Assembly (NCBI GenBank): GCA_031279415.1
Contig: JAITIP010000025.1
Coordinates: 11,060 to 75,059 of the forward strand
DNA: 64,000 nucleotides
Direction of reading: 5' to 3'
From: Candidatus Endomicrobium procryptotermitis
GTDB taxonomy: Bacteria > Elusimicrobiota > Endomicrobiia > Endomicrobiales > Endomicrobiaceae
The notes under the pieces are model-generated. The model did not search any database. It was not told the origin of the DNA and saw only the letters and a list, made by a program, of their open reading frames with translations. Both the position numbers and the translations under genes were made by a program. Below are positions 51,272 to 59,332 of this stretch, piece by piece. Positions within the stretch are counted from its first letter, which is position 1; each line of letters begins with the position of its first letter.

Positions 51272-51296
51272 AAAAACTCCTTCGTGGTAAAAAATA

Positions 51297-51364
51297 CTTG
51301 ACTTTTTGTTAATGATAATTTAAAATAATTTTATAAATTAAATAATTCTTAACAAAAAGTTAAG
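51297..51364. promoter_or_regulatory. 16-bp inverted repeat (CTTGACTTTTTGTTAA / TTAACAAAAAGTTAAG, 1 mismatch) enclosing a rightward TTGACT-17-TAAAAT promoter
   Basis: Repeat arms at 51297..51312 and 51349..51364. TTGACT at 51298..51303, a 17-nt spacer, and TAAAAT at 51321..51326. It lies immediately upstream of the leftward XRE gene and faces the ORF-free block. Confidence 0.5.
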
Positions 51365-51915
51365 TGTTTGTTCTTTCAAATTATTCAAATTCTTGTTGAT
51401 TATGGCGTTTGCATTTTTACGGTGGGCGCGCCATAGCAAGTCATAACAATCTAATAAATACTGCTTGTCTGCGAACAGTAGGGCTTCGGCAGGTTTTTTA
51501 AACGAGGTTCACTCCTCATGTCCGATACTTTCAGATTGTTAACTAACCTTAATCAAGCGGTTTCGTGTGGAGACCTTACGGTCTCCGCATGGCTTACTTC
51601 AACAAGATTTTTCTTTCCGCCTTAGTCCACCTTCTAATAAGTCTTGATACTCATTAGAGAATGTCAGCGGAGTTCAAAAGTTTTAGCAACATAAGTACCT
51701 CCTTTTGAACATAAGAATAATTTAAAGAACTTGTAAAAAAAGTAAGGATTAAAAAATGTATCTCGCAAATACTACGCAGCATTGCTATCAGCGCCAACTT
51801 AATATCAGCACGGTCAAGTATGTGCAAGATACAGCCGTGCTTAAAATAGAAAATAAGAAGCCAATGAAAAAGAGCCCCTCGCCCGAGCGGTTAAAATTCT
51901 TGGCTTCTTTTTCTA

Positions 51916-52287
51916 TTATGGCTTTAACAGCATATCGTCAAGTTTCTTTTGCAATCGCTCGTTTTCTTGCTCTAACAGATATATTTCTTTTTCGAGTAGC
52001 TTAATTTTGTGTTTTAGGAAAGATGCAGATTTGCCTTTTAGTTCTTTGTCAATTTGTGTTTCTGAAAAATCAGGTTTTTTCGTAAGCGGAGTTATTGATT
52101 CTTTGGCTGCCGCCTCAAAGATATCAATTCCAAGAACTTCTGATATTTTGAGATATTGGCTTTCGCGCGGCTGAGCTTTGTTTTGCTCCCAACGATTATA
52201 TGTGATATCGGAAACGCCAATTAATTCGGCTGCTTTCTTTTGAGAAAGACCTTTTTTAATTCTGTAATTTCGTAATAAGAGGCTCAT
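51916..52287 (-). CDS. XRE-family (CI-like) repressor with C-terminal coiled coil
   Basis: Start at ATG 52287 with a strong AAGGGGG RBS (the ORF track extends to 52311). The HTH is LSQKKAAELIGVSDITYNRWEQNK. Confidence 0.8.
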   Translation of the reverse strand: MSLLLRNYRIKKGLSQKKAAELIGVSDITYNRWEQNKAQPRESQYLKISEVLGIDIFEAAAKESITPLTKKPDFSETQIDKELKGKSASFLKHKIKLLEKEIYLLEQENERLQKKLDDMLLKP

Positions 52288-52318
52288 ATCAGCCCCCTTA
52301 AGAATTCGCATAATAAGC

Positions 52319-52385
52319 CTTTAAGAAAATTTAACTTATTGACGACAAAAATGTACTTGACAAACTCTTTAAGAAAATATAAGAT
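52319..52385. promoter_or_regulatory. Early-region control: 12-bp direct repeat CTTTAAGAAAAT (x2) and a rightward TTGACA-17-TAAGAT promoter
   Basis: Repeats at 52319..52330 and 52367..52378. TTGACA at 52357..52362 and TAAGAT at 52380..52385. The second repeat lies inside the promoter spacer. Confidence 0.45.
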
Positions 52386-52422
52386 ACTACTATAAACTTT
52401 AATAAAATTTAAAGGATACAAA

Positions 52423-52662
52423 ATGCACGCGAGTATAAAATCACAATTAAAAAACAACTCAATAATTAAGGCGTCAGGTTTCATTCGCGTGCTACCTGAT
52501 GCAATAGAGAAGCTGGGCGGTAGAAATACCGCTCGGCTCTCGCTCATTCCTGTTTCCAAGAATACCTTGATTATATCAATTTGCTTTTTCATATTCAAAT
52601 TATACAAACGCTTATGGTGGGAAAACAATGGCTTTGTTTCCCAGAGGAGCGCGAATGTTTAA
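52423..52662 (+). CDS. Possible small AbrB/SpoVT-like early regulator (uncertain)
   Basis: 79 aa. GFIRVLPDAIEKLGGRNTARLSLIPVSKNTLII resembles a swapped-hairpin AbrB-type segment. Its stop overlaps the next ATG (ATGTTTAA). A competing antisense ORF exists. Confidence 0.3.
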   Translation: MHASIKSQLKNNSIIKASGFIRVLPDAIEKLGGRNTARLSLIPVSKNTLIISICFFIFKLYKRLWWENNGFVSQRSANV

Positions 52663-53128
52663 TGTTGAGTTTAAGCGCTTTCTTGACCGCGTAATAAATG
52701 AGAAACAGATTGAAGCCGCCACCGGCAAAAGCAAAAGCTCAATTTACAGATATGCAGAAGATCCGACAGGCGAAGATAGAAGCTCTCGCGGCGTGTCGAT
52801 GCCGGTTGATTTCTTAATAGAGATAGTCACGAGCAACCGGCTTAAGAAAGAAAAGAGCGTAGTACTTTTGAAGTATCTATGCGAAGTTTGCGGATATGAA
52901 CTTAAAGAAACCGCGATACAAGAAAATAAAGGGACTTGTCTTCAGCAGGCAAAAAAACAGGCTGTAGCGCATGCCTTATTTTCAGCGAAAAATTGGCAGG
53001 CTTTGCAAGACGACAGGATAGATTCAGAAGATGCGGCAACGCTTATGCCTTTGGCGGAAGAAGCCAGAGAGGAAATGACAAAGTATATAGCTTTTTTAAG
53101 AAAGAAAATTAACGGAGCAAAAAAATGA
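52655..53128 (+). CDS. Hypothetical phage early protein (possible HTH regulator)
   Basis: The likely start is MFNVEFKRF at 52655. The KSKSSIYRYAEDP segment is HTH-like. No confident family. Confidence 0.45.
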   Translation: MFNVEFKRFLDRVINEKQIEAATGKSKSSIYRYAEDPTGEDRSSRGVSMPVDFLIEIVTSNRLKKEKSVVLLKYLCEVCGYELKETAIQENKGTCLQQAKKQAVAHALFSAKNWQALQDDRIDSEDAATLMPLAEEAREEMTKYIAFLRKKINGAKK

Positions 53129-53343
53129 TCAAAGAATTTTTTACGAGAAAGGATTTAGCGGAACGCTGGTGCTGCACTCCGCAACACGTAAGCAATATGG
53201 TGCGGAATGAAGAAATCCCGGCGCCTATACCAATTTCAAAGCGCGTGAATATTTGGAAAGCAGAAGATATCGTACGAATTGAGAAGGAAAAACAAAGAAA
53301 AGCAGAAATCAAACTACAGCCGATATTAAAAGCCGGAGGATAA
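53125..53343 (+). CDS. Excisionase/MerR-type HTH DNA-binding protein
   Basis: 72 aa. FFTRKDLAERWCCTPQHVSNMVRNEEIPAPIPISKRVNIWKAEDI fits the HTH_17/Xis pattern. Confidence 0.55.
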   Translation: MIKEFFTRKDLAERWCCTPQHVSNMVRNEEIPAPIPISKRVNIWKAEDIVRIEKEKQRKAEIKLQPILKAGG

Positions 53344-53344
53344 T

Positions 53345-53716
53345 ATGAAAAAAATTAAAGAATTTTTCAGGAAAATTTACAGGACATTCGACTGGTTAGA
53401 AGTTTCTAAATACATCCTTTTATTTATCGGATTTATACTTTTTCTTTTTGCATCCTACCTTTTTGTAAGAGATACATTTATAAAAAAACATTCTCACGGC
53501 TACGGCTACCGGACTCCAACGATCAACGGCACTTTTGTTCCTGAAGATAGTAATGAAGCGGCGGAATATCCGGCAAGCGAATATCAATATTTTTCCGTGG
53601 CGGGAGGATATTACGTAATTGAGAAATCCGATGAAGCCGAGCAGGCATTTGCTGCAAAAATCTGGAATGAACAAACTCTTTCAACTTTGTTTTGTGAGGG
53701 GGATATATGTGCATGA
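53345..53716 (+). CDS. Hypothetical single-pass membrane protein
   Basis: 123 aa with one TM helix (ILLFIGFILFLFASYLFV). Confidence 0.45.
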   Translation: MKKIKEFFRKIYRTFDWLEVSKYILLFIGFILFLFASYLFVRDTFIKKHSHGYGYRTPTINGTFVPEDSNEAAEYPASEYQYFSVAGGYYVIEKSDEAEQAFAAKIWNEQTLSTLFCEGDICA

Positions 53717-53865
53717 AAGTTTGTATCGGATGCGGCTCTGACTATATAGGAAATTGCGGCTGTGGATGTTCTGAAAATATTGAAGACAGAGAAGACTATT
53801 GCTCTGACTGTAAAAGTGCGCCGTGTCGTTGTGATGAAGAATATGAAAGACGTAGGGAGGAGTGA
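53713..53865 (+). CDS. Small Cys-rich protein (50 aa)
   Basis: Hand translation gives MKVCIGCGSDYIGNCGCGCSENIEDREDYCSDCKSAPCRCDEEYERRREE. Its ATG overlaps the preceding stop and its TGA overlaps the next ATG. Confidence 0.35.
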   Translation: MKVCIGCGSDYIGNCGCGCSENIEDREDYCSDCKSAPCRCDEEYERRREE

Positions 53866-54010
53866 TGGGAAGCATAGTACAAACATGCAAAGAATGTCAT
53901 CAGGCTTTTACTCTTGATACTCGCGATATTGAGTGGTTTAAAAGCAAAGGGTTAAAAATCCCGAAAAGATGCAAAAGTTGCAGAGGCAAGAATAAACAGA
54001 AGGATAAATA
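53865..54010 (+). pseudogene. Zinc-ribbon (CxxC...CxxC) small gene split by a 1-nt frameshift
   Basis: Frame 1 reads MGSIVQTCKECHQAFTLDTRDIEWFKAKG and stops at 53952..53954. The -1 frame continues LKIPKRCKSCRGKNKQKDK to the stop at 54008..54010. Together they form the classic two-knuckle zinc ribbon. Confidence 0.4.
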
Positions 54011-54193
54011 AGGATTAACGGAGGATTAAAATGGATGTTAAAACAAGAACTGAGCAGTTAAAGAAGTCGTTAGAAAAGGCAAAGTGGGAGGTTACTTGGC
54101 ACCGTGAACATCTTACAAATGCCGAAAGTGACGTAAAGATGTTTGAGGACGAACTCGCGCGGCTGGAAGTTTTGCAAAAAGCGGGGGTGACAA

Positions 54194-56143
54194 ATGCCTC
54201 TTAAAAATTTTATATGCCCGGACGGCGGGCTTATCACTCCACAAAACTGTCTTATAGAAGGCGGATGCCGCTGTAATTCCAGATGCGCGACAAGAAACTA
54301 TTTAACGCTTGCCAGCCGTGAAAGAATCTGGACAGGAAAACCTTCAACCACGCAGCTTATACAAGGTACCATTTGTGCCTTTCTAAAACTTACCAAACCA
54401 TACGATATCACACCTGACAGCCGCGCTTTTATGATCAACGGCACGATGGCACATGCCAGACTTGAAATCCAAGACGATGAACTTTCAAAAGCAGAAGAGG
54501 TTTTCAGTGATGAGAATGTATCAGGTATCGCTGACATAATCGAAGAGGAAAACGGTATTTTGACGCTTTGGGATTATAAGACTTCCGGCAGTTATAAAGT
54601 AGCAAAAGCTCTCGGATGGCATGTCATAGAAATTGAGACAACCGAAATTTATAAAAGCGGGAAGAACAAAGGTCAGCTCAAAAAAATAAAAGAACTGCGG
54701 CAAGATCCTGAATTTATAGATGTGCGGGATTGGGCGTTGCAGCTCAATTTTTATCGCATCCTCGCAGAAAAGAAACTCGGTAAAAAAATCACCCGCTTAA
54801 GAGTTCAGGTTATTGTCCGCGATGGCGGAACTTACATAGCCCGCGGGCGCGGTATTGTCCGCAATGTGTATCCGATTGATATTCCGATAATTCCGTCCGC
54901 CGAAATTATTGCTTACTTTGACGCTAAAAGAGCCGCACTGCTTAAAGCGTTGGAACAGGGCTACTGGAATGAAATCTGCACGAAAGAAGAGAACTGGGAT
55001 GGAGTGAAGTGTGCGAGATACTGCGAAGTAGCAGAGTATTGCCCTTATGGAAAATACTTGAAGCAAGAAAAGAAAACGGAGGAGCAAATGATTAAAGGTT
55101 TATCTGAAGTAACAAGAATGCCTCGTCTTGGACATTTGCGGCTTGGAATTAAAAAGGTTTCAGAGAAGTCTGGCAATGAATATCCAGCTGAAGTTGACTA
55201 CTTTGTAATCGATCCGGCAACGCCTGTGGAAGCTGAAAGAAAAAGTTTGATTGATGCTTTCAATGCTTTGTTTGCCGACGCAGATGGAAAGCCGAGAAGT
55301 ATTGAAATAATGCTACCTGTAGACAATGAAGAGTTATTATTCCCAACTTACTACAAAAGATACGGAAGCGGTACATCTTTGCAGTGCAAAGGCGACGGCG
55401 TTGAAGCTGTATGTCCATCGCAGGAATTTGCCGAAGGACTGAAAGAAATCGGGAAGACTGAAATGGGGGTTAAAGTCGAATGTGCAGGCAGAGATTGTCC
55501 GTATTACAAAAAAGGTAAATGCGCTGAAAACGCAGTACTGAATGTCTTTATACCAAAACTTCCGGGCGCTGGCGTATGGCAGATAGTAACGGGCAGTATT
55601 AACTCAATACTCAATATTAATGCAAGCATACGCACGATACGCGCTATTGCCGGCAGGGTTAACATGATACCACTTACGCTCAAGCGCGTACCGCAGGAAA
55701 CCGCGCACGAAGGCAAAAAAGCGACTCATTATCCGCTTATGATTGATACAGGGATTAAGCTTGCCGAAGTTCAAAGATTGGCGACAATCGATCCGACAAA
55801 GGCACTGTTGCCTGCGGCTGAAATAACAGACAAAGACTTATTATTGTCTGATGGCTCAGTTGTAGATAAAGAAACCGGCGAAATCAAAGAGGCTAAACCT
55901 CAGCCTGCTGAAGTTGTGAATGATACTGGCGAAAATATAGGTTTTGGCGAAGAATTAAACGAAGCCGGTAAACGAAAACTGATAATCAAAAAAATGCAAC
56001 AGCTTTTTGACGGCGACAACGACAAATGCAAAGCCGCGCTTAAAGCCAATGGTTATAAGAGTAGCAACGATATTCCTGCGGACAAACTCGACGGCTTCCT
56101 TGCGATGATTCAAACAGAACTAGACAACAAGGCGAAAAAATGA
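54194..56143 (+). CDS. Cas4/RecB-like PD-(D/E)XK nuclease (Fe-S Cys cluster) fused to a Cys-rich C-terminal domain (possibly phiC31-gp3/RDF-like)
   Basis: 649 aa. The N-terminal half has GIADII...LWDYKTSG and QLNFY, plus Cys ligands C20/C25/C27/C31 and CARYCEVAEYC. The C-terminal half starts RLGHLRLGIKK...DYFVI and has CKGDGVEAVC...CAGRDCPYYKKGKC. Confidence 0.65.
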   Translation: MPLKNFICPDGGLITPQNCLIEGGCRCNSRCATRNYLTLASRERIWTGKPSTTQLIQGTICAFLKLTKPYDITPDSRAFMINGTMAHARLEIQDDELSKAEEVFSDENVSGIADIIEEENGILTLWDYKTSGSYKVAKALGWHVIEIETTEIYKSGKNKGQLKKIKELRQDPEFIDVRDWALQLNFYRILAEKKLGKKITRLRVQVIVRDGGTYIARGRGIVRNVYPIDIPIIPSAEIIAYFDAKRAALLKALEQGYWNEICTKEENWDGVKCARYCEVAEYCPYGKYLKQEKKTEEQMIKGLSEVTRMPRLGHLRLGIKKVSEKSGNEYPAEVDYFVIDPATPVEAERKSLIDAFNALFADADGKPRSIEIMLPVDNEELLFPTYYKRYGSGTSLQCKGDGVEAVCPSQEFAEGLKEIGKTEMGVKVECAGRDCPYYKKGKCAENAVLNVFIPKLPGAGVWQIVTGSINSILNINASIRTIRAIAGRVNMIPLTLKRVPQETAHEGKKATHYPLMIDTGIKLAEVQRLATIDPTKALLPAAEITDKDLLLSDGSVVDKETGEIKEAKPQPAEVVNDTGENIGFGEELNEAGKRKLIIKKMQQLFDGDNDKCKAALKANGYKSSNDIPADKLDGFLAMIQTELDNKAKK

Positions 56144-57711
56144 AACTGCGATACTCGGCATTATTCCATTACTTTTTTTGCATAGCTGATTTTATGGAGC
56201 GCGAAATACCCAAGCGCGCGGGTTTTCGCTGGGATACGAAGCAAAAGCAATGGGTAACTACTAATGTCGAGTCCGCTATGAAGTTGTTGGAATATGCAGA
56301 CCCCATGACAAAAGAAATTCTGCAGAAGAAAAAAGAAGAGTTGTCAGCGACAGTTGAAGCAAGTAAAAAGGCTATGGCAAATATCAATCTCTTGCGGCCG
56401 CAGGGGCTTGAATATCTGCCGTTTCAGAAGGCTGGCATTGAATTTTGTATGAACCGCAGAAATGTTTTATTAGCAGACGAGATGGGGCTTGGTAAAACTA
56501 TCCAAGCAATTGGCGTAATCAATAATGTGGAGACGGTCAAAAGGGTAATTGTTATAACAACCGCTTCTACAAAATTGAATTGGCTTGCCGAATTGCAGAA
56601 ATGGCTTACCAAGCCTCTTCACTGTGCGATAGTTGATACTTCTGCACAGCTAGACCTTAGTAATCAAGATGTAATAATTGTTGCTTATAGCCGTATTGTA
56701 GGGCTTCTGGAAGCATTAAAAGAAGCTGAGTTTGATCTGTGTATTGTTGATGAAGTTCATTACACGAAATCTAGTAAAGCACAGAGAAGCAAAGCAGTAA
56801 AAGCAGTCTGTAAAAAGGCGATAAGAAACATTCATATGACAGGAACTCCGATATGTAATCGTCCGGCAGAGTTGTTTCCGATAATCGAGCGGCTCGGTTT
56901 TGATATGAACTGGATTGAATACATTCGGAAATACTGCGGCGCTTACCGCAATACTATGGGCTTCTGGGATACAAGCGGAGCAAAAAACCTTGATGAACTG
57001 CAGACAAAGCTCCGTGGCACCATTATGATTCGCCGTATGAAGTCGGATGTACTGAAAGAACTGCCGTCAAAAATAAGACAAGCAGTAGTCCTTGAGGCTG
57101 ACACAAAGGAACTCCGCGATGCACTTAAAGAGGAAAAGCAATACGCTAATGTCGCAGAGCAGTACATTGACAAAGTTAAGGATTTACAGTCGCAGGATGC
57201 GTCATTCTTTGAAATGACGATCGCAAGAAAGAATACGGCTATTGCTAAAGTTCCAGCGGTTATAAAGTTTGTTGAGGATCTGCTTAAAAACACGGACAAG
57301 GTTGTTTTATTTGCACATCATAAAGACGTCATAACGCCTATAATGCAAAATTTTGGTGCTGTTGCGGTTAAAATCTCCGGGGATGACAAAGTTGAGGACA
57401 GACAGGAATCAATAAAACAGTTTCAAAACAATCCGAAAATTAAAATATTTGTAGGTTCGATTCTTGCTGCTGGAGCCGGTATCACATTGACTGCGGCATC
57501 TACAGTTGTGTTTGCGGAATTGGATTGGACGCCTGGCAATATGCAACAGGCGGAAGACAGATGCCACAGGATCGGGCAGAAGGACACGGTTATGGTTTAT
57601 CACTTAATTGTTGACGGCAGTATGGATGTGAAAATATCAAAAATGCTGATTGATAAGCAGTCAAACATAGATAAGGCCTTAAATGCGGCTGAACTAAAAA
57701 AAGGAGCTTAA
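56140..57711 (+). CDS. SNF2-family DNA helicase/translocase
   Basis: Motif I DEMGLGKT, motif II DEVH, motif III TGTP, motifs V/VI GAGITLT...QAEDRCHRIGQ. The start is possibly at MEREIP (56194). Confidence 0.9.
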   Translation: MKLRYSALFHYFFCIADFMEREIPKRAGFRWDTKQKQWVTTNVESAMKLLEYADPMTKEILQKKKEELSATVEASKKAMANINLLRPQGLEYLPFQKAGIEFCMNRRNVLLADEMGLGKTIQAIGVINNVETVKRVIVITTASTKLNWLAELQKWLTKPLHCAIVDTSAQLDLSNQDVIIVAYSRIVGLLEALKEAEFDLCIVDEVHYTKSSKAQRSKAVKAVCKKAIRNIHMTGTPICNRPAELFPIIERLGFDMNWIEYIRKYCGAYRNTMGFWDTSGAKNLDELQTKLRGTIMIRRMKSDVLKELPSKIRQAVVLEADTKELRDALKEEKQYANVAEQYIDKVKDLQSQDASFFEMTIARKNTAIAKVPAVIKFVEDLLKNTDKVVLFAHHKDVITPIMQNFGAVAVKISGDDKVEDRQESIKQFQNNPKIKIFVGSILAAGAGITLTAASTVVFAELDWTPGNMQQAEDRCHRIGQKDTVMVYHLIVDGSMDVKISKMLIDKQSNIDKALNAAELKKGA

Positions 57712-57713
57712 CA

Positions 57714-58274
57714 ATGGGGAAAAAAAATAAAAAAACATCAGAATTTCACGAAATGGAAAGCAAGCAGTATCATAATTACGAACATGTCTTTAACTTTGAT
57801 GAAGAAAAAGCAAAATCGCAGGAGCTTGTAAGGTCGCACGGCGATCTGGCGGAAACTAACGCAGAGCGCAAGATTGAAATGGACAGATTTAATCAACGCT
57901 CAAAGGAAATAGTTAAAAATATTGACCGCCTATGTAATGAATTGAGAGAAGGCAAAGAACAGCGCAACGGAGAATGCATTGTCAAATATAATCCCGAGCT
58001 CACACACGTCTATGTATTCCATCCGGATACGGGATCGGTAATATTTGACCGTGATCTTGATATGGTGGAACGGGCAGAAGTTAAAGATGCTTGGGATGCC
58101 ATGCAGAAAAAAGCGGCTAAAGGAAAGAAAACAAAACCTTATATTCCGCCGTTTTTACTGCCGCCCGCGGAAGAACCAAAGAAAGAAAAACCTGAAAACG
58201 TTGTTGAAACTACGGTGGCGCAGGAAGATAACAATGAGAATGGAGTGCAAAGTGGAGAAGATGAACAAAACTAA
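57714..58274 (+). CDS. Hypothetical acidic/coiled-coil phage protein
   Basis: 186 aa. No recognised family. Confidence 0.45.
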   Translation: MGKKNKKTSEFHEMESKQYHNYEHVFNFDEEKAKSQELVRSHGDLAETNAERKIEMDRFNQRSKEIVKNIDRLCNELREGKEQRNGECIVKYNPELTHVYVFHPDTGSVIFDRDLDMVERAEVKDAWDAMQKKAAKGKKTKPYIPPFLLPPAEEPKKEKPENVVETTVAQEDNNENGVQSGEDEQN

Positions 58275-58590
58275 AAAACCCATTGTCTACATCTCTGGAA
58301 AAATCACAGGCGAAAAATACTACAAGCGAAAATTTGCCGATGCAGAAAGAAAATTAAAAGCTGCGGGGTATGAAGTTTTAAACCCAGCGCGAATGATTAA
58401 AGTCGAAAAGTGGAAAAGATACGATGATTATCTGAAAGAGGCTTTTATGCTTTTATTTCAAGCAGATTTCTTTTACGCATTGCCGTGCTGGGTTGATTCA
58501 GACGGCGCAAAGGCAGAGTTTGCATATGCGATAGCCCTTGCGAATAAAGGGCGAATGTTCATTTTGGACAATACAAAACTTGCCGCTTGA
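58261..58590 (+). CDS. DUF4406 / nucleoside 2-deoxyribosyltransferase-like protein
   Basis: Start MNKTKKPIVYISGKITG at 58261. The upstream part of ORF 58045..58590 overlaps the previous gene and is arginine/lysine junk. ISGKITG...LNPA...CWVDSDGAKAEF fits the family, from memory. Confidence 0.55.
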   Translation: MNKTKKPIVYISGKITGEKYYKRKFADAERKLKAAGYEVLNPARMIKVEKWKRYDDYLKEAFMLLFQADFFYALPCWVDSDGAKAEFAYAIALANKGRMFILDNTKLAA

Positions 58591-58648
58591 GTAAGCGGAT
58601 ATATCCGGATAAGTCCAGACGAATGTTCTTTTTTATTTTGCAGCGCGA

Positions 58649-58729
58649 GAGGGCGGTGGTGATCAGGATGACACGTTGGTGACGGCGCCGAATAATCCAA
58701 AGAGGCAGGTTCAAGTCCTGCCCGCCTCA
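58649..58729 (+). ncRNA. tRNA-like element (canonical T arm and acceptor 3' strand; no canonical D/anticodon arms)
   Basis: GCAGG-TTCAAGT-CCTGC (58705..58721) followed by CCGCCTC-A. The 5' GAGGGCGG can pair with it only with one bulge. The middle does not fold into a cloverleaf by eye. The element is locally GC-rich in an intergenic gap. Confidence 0.3.
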
Positions 58730-58751
58730 AATAAATAGAAAGGAGAATAAA

Positions 58752-58937
58752 ATGCCTAATCATATAAGAAATGTTTTCAAAAAAGTATCAGATCCACATG
58801 TTTATAAAAAAATAGCTTTGAATAAAGATGGCGACAAGAGTAGAAAAGCCGAACTGAGACTTGCATTAAAAAACTGGGATGAGAATATAAAATTCATTGA
58901 GAATGAAGCAAAAACACTGTACGAGAGCACGAAATGA
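58752..58937 (+). CDS. Hypothetical small phage protein
   Basis: 61 aa. An AGGAGA RBS is present and its stop overlaps the next start. Confidence 0.45.
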   Translation: MPNHIRNVFKKVSDPHVYKKIALNKDGDKSRKAELRLALKNWDENIKFIENEAKTLYESTK

Positions 58938-59332
58938 AGCAAAAACTTAAACCAATCCCATCAATAAAAAAGAAACTTGACTCTCTTTGGAGTGAGAAAG
59001 TAAGGGCGCGCGACTGCAAGTGTGTGATGTGCGGCAAATCCGGCAAAGGCCTGCAGGCACACCACTACATAAAGGCTAAAGCGCGCAGCCTTAAATATCG
59101 CTGGGATCCACGCAATGGAATAACACTGTGTTATGGATGTCACATGTACACAGTTCACATGACGGCATCTTATGAGGCAGTATCAAGATTGGTTGATTAC
59201 GCAGTTAAAAATGAGCTTCTTACAAATGCTGAACTCGCAGAAATAGTCAATGATAAAGAGGAGAGGGATTTACGAACTGATCGTGGCTTTATGGAAGCAG
59301 CACGTCTTAATCTGGAGGAATATAATGGCTGA
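58934..59332 (+). CDS. NinG/HNH-like zinc-binding nuclease
   Basis: 132 aa. CVMCGKSGKGLQAHHYI...NGITLCYGCH matches the CxxC...HH...N...CxxCH layout. Confidence 0.55.
   Translation: MKQKLKPIPSIKKKLDSLWSEKVRARDCKCVMCGKSGKGLQAHHYIKAKARSLKYRWDPRNGITLCYGCHMYTVHMTASYEAVSRLVDYAVKNELLTNAELAEIVNDKEERDLRTDRGFMEAARLNLEEYNG

Noticed and set aside
51756-52004. An 82-aa plus-strand ORF in the prophage ORF-free block.
   Set aside because: It overlaps the 3' end of the XRE gene in antisense, has no RBS and has an unremarkable composition. It is more likely non-coding.
52284-52628. A 114-aa minus-strand ORF spanning the immunity switch region.
   Set aside because: It would run through the promoter/operator region and into the repressor gene start. 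The repressor has a much better start at 52287 with a strong RBS.
58045-58260. N-terminal extension of the DUF4406 ORF (the ORF track starts at 58045).
   Set aside because: The extension overlaps the preceding gene out of frame and is R/K-rich junk. The family-like sequence begins at MNKTKKPIVYISGK (58261).
58649-58729. Tried to call this a normal phage tRNA gene.
   Set aside because: Only the T arm and acceptor 3' strand are canonical. The acceptor needs a bulge, and no 5-bp anticodon stem with a 7-nt U33 loop could be drawn. The region between the D-like stem and the T arm is about 8-9 nt too long. It is kept only as a tRNA-like element.
51272-58800. Considered a retron or other RT-associated ncRNA system for the ORF-free block and the tRNA-like element.
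   Set aside because: No reverse transcriptase, TnpB/IscB or Cas-like gene is present anywhere in the window.
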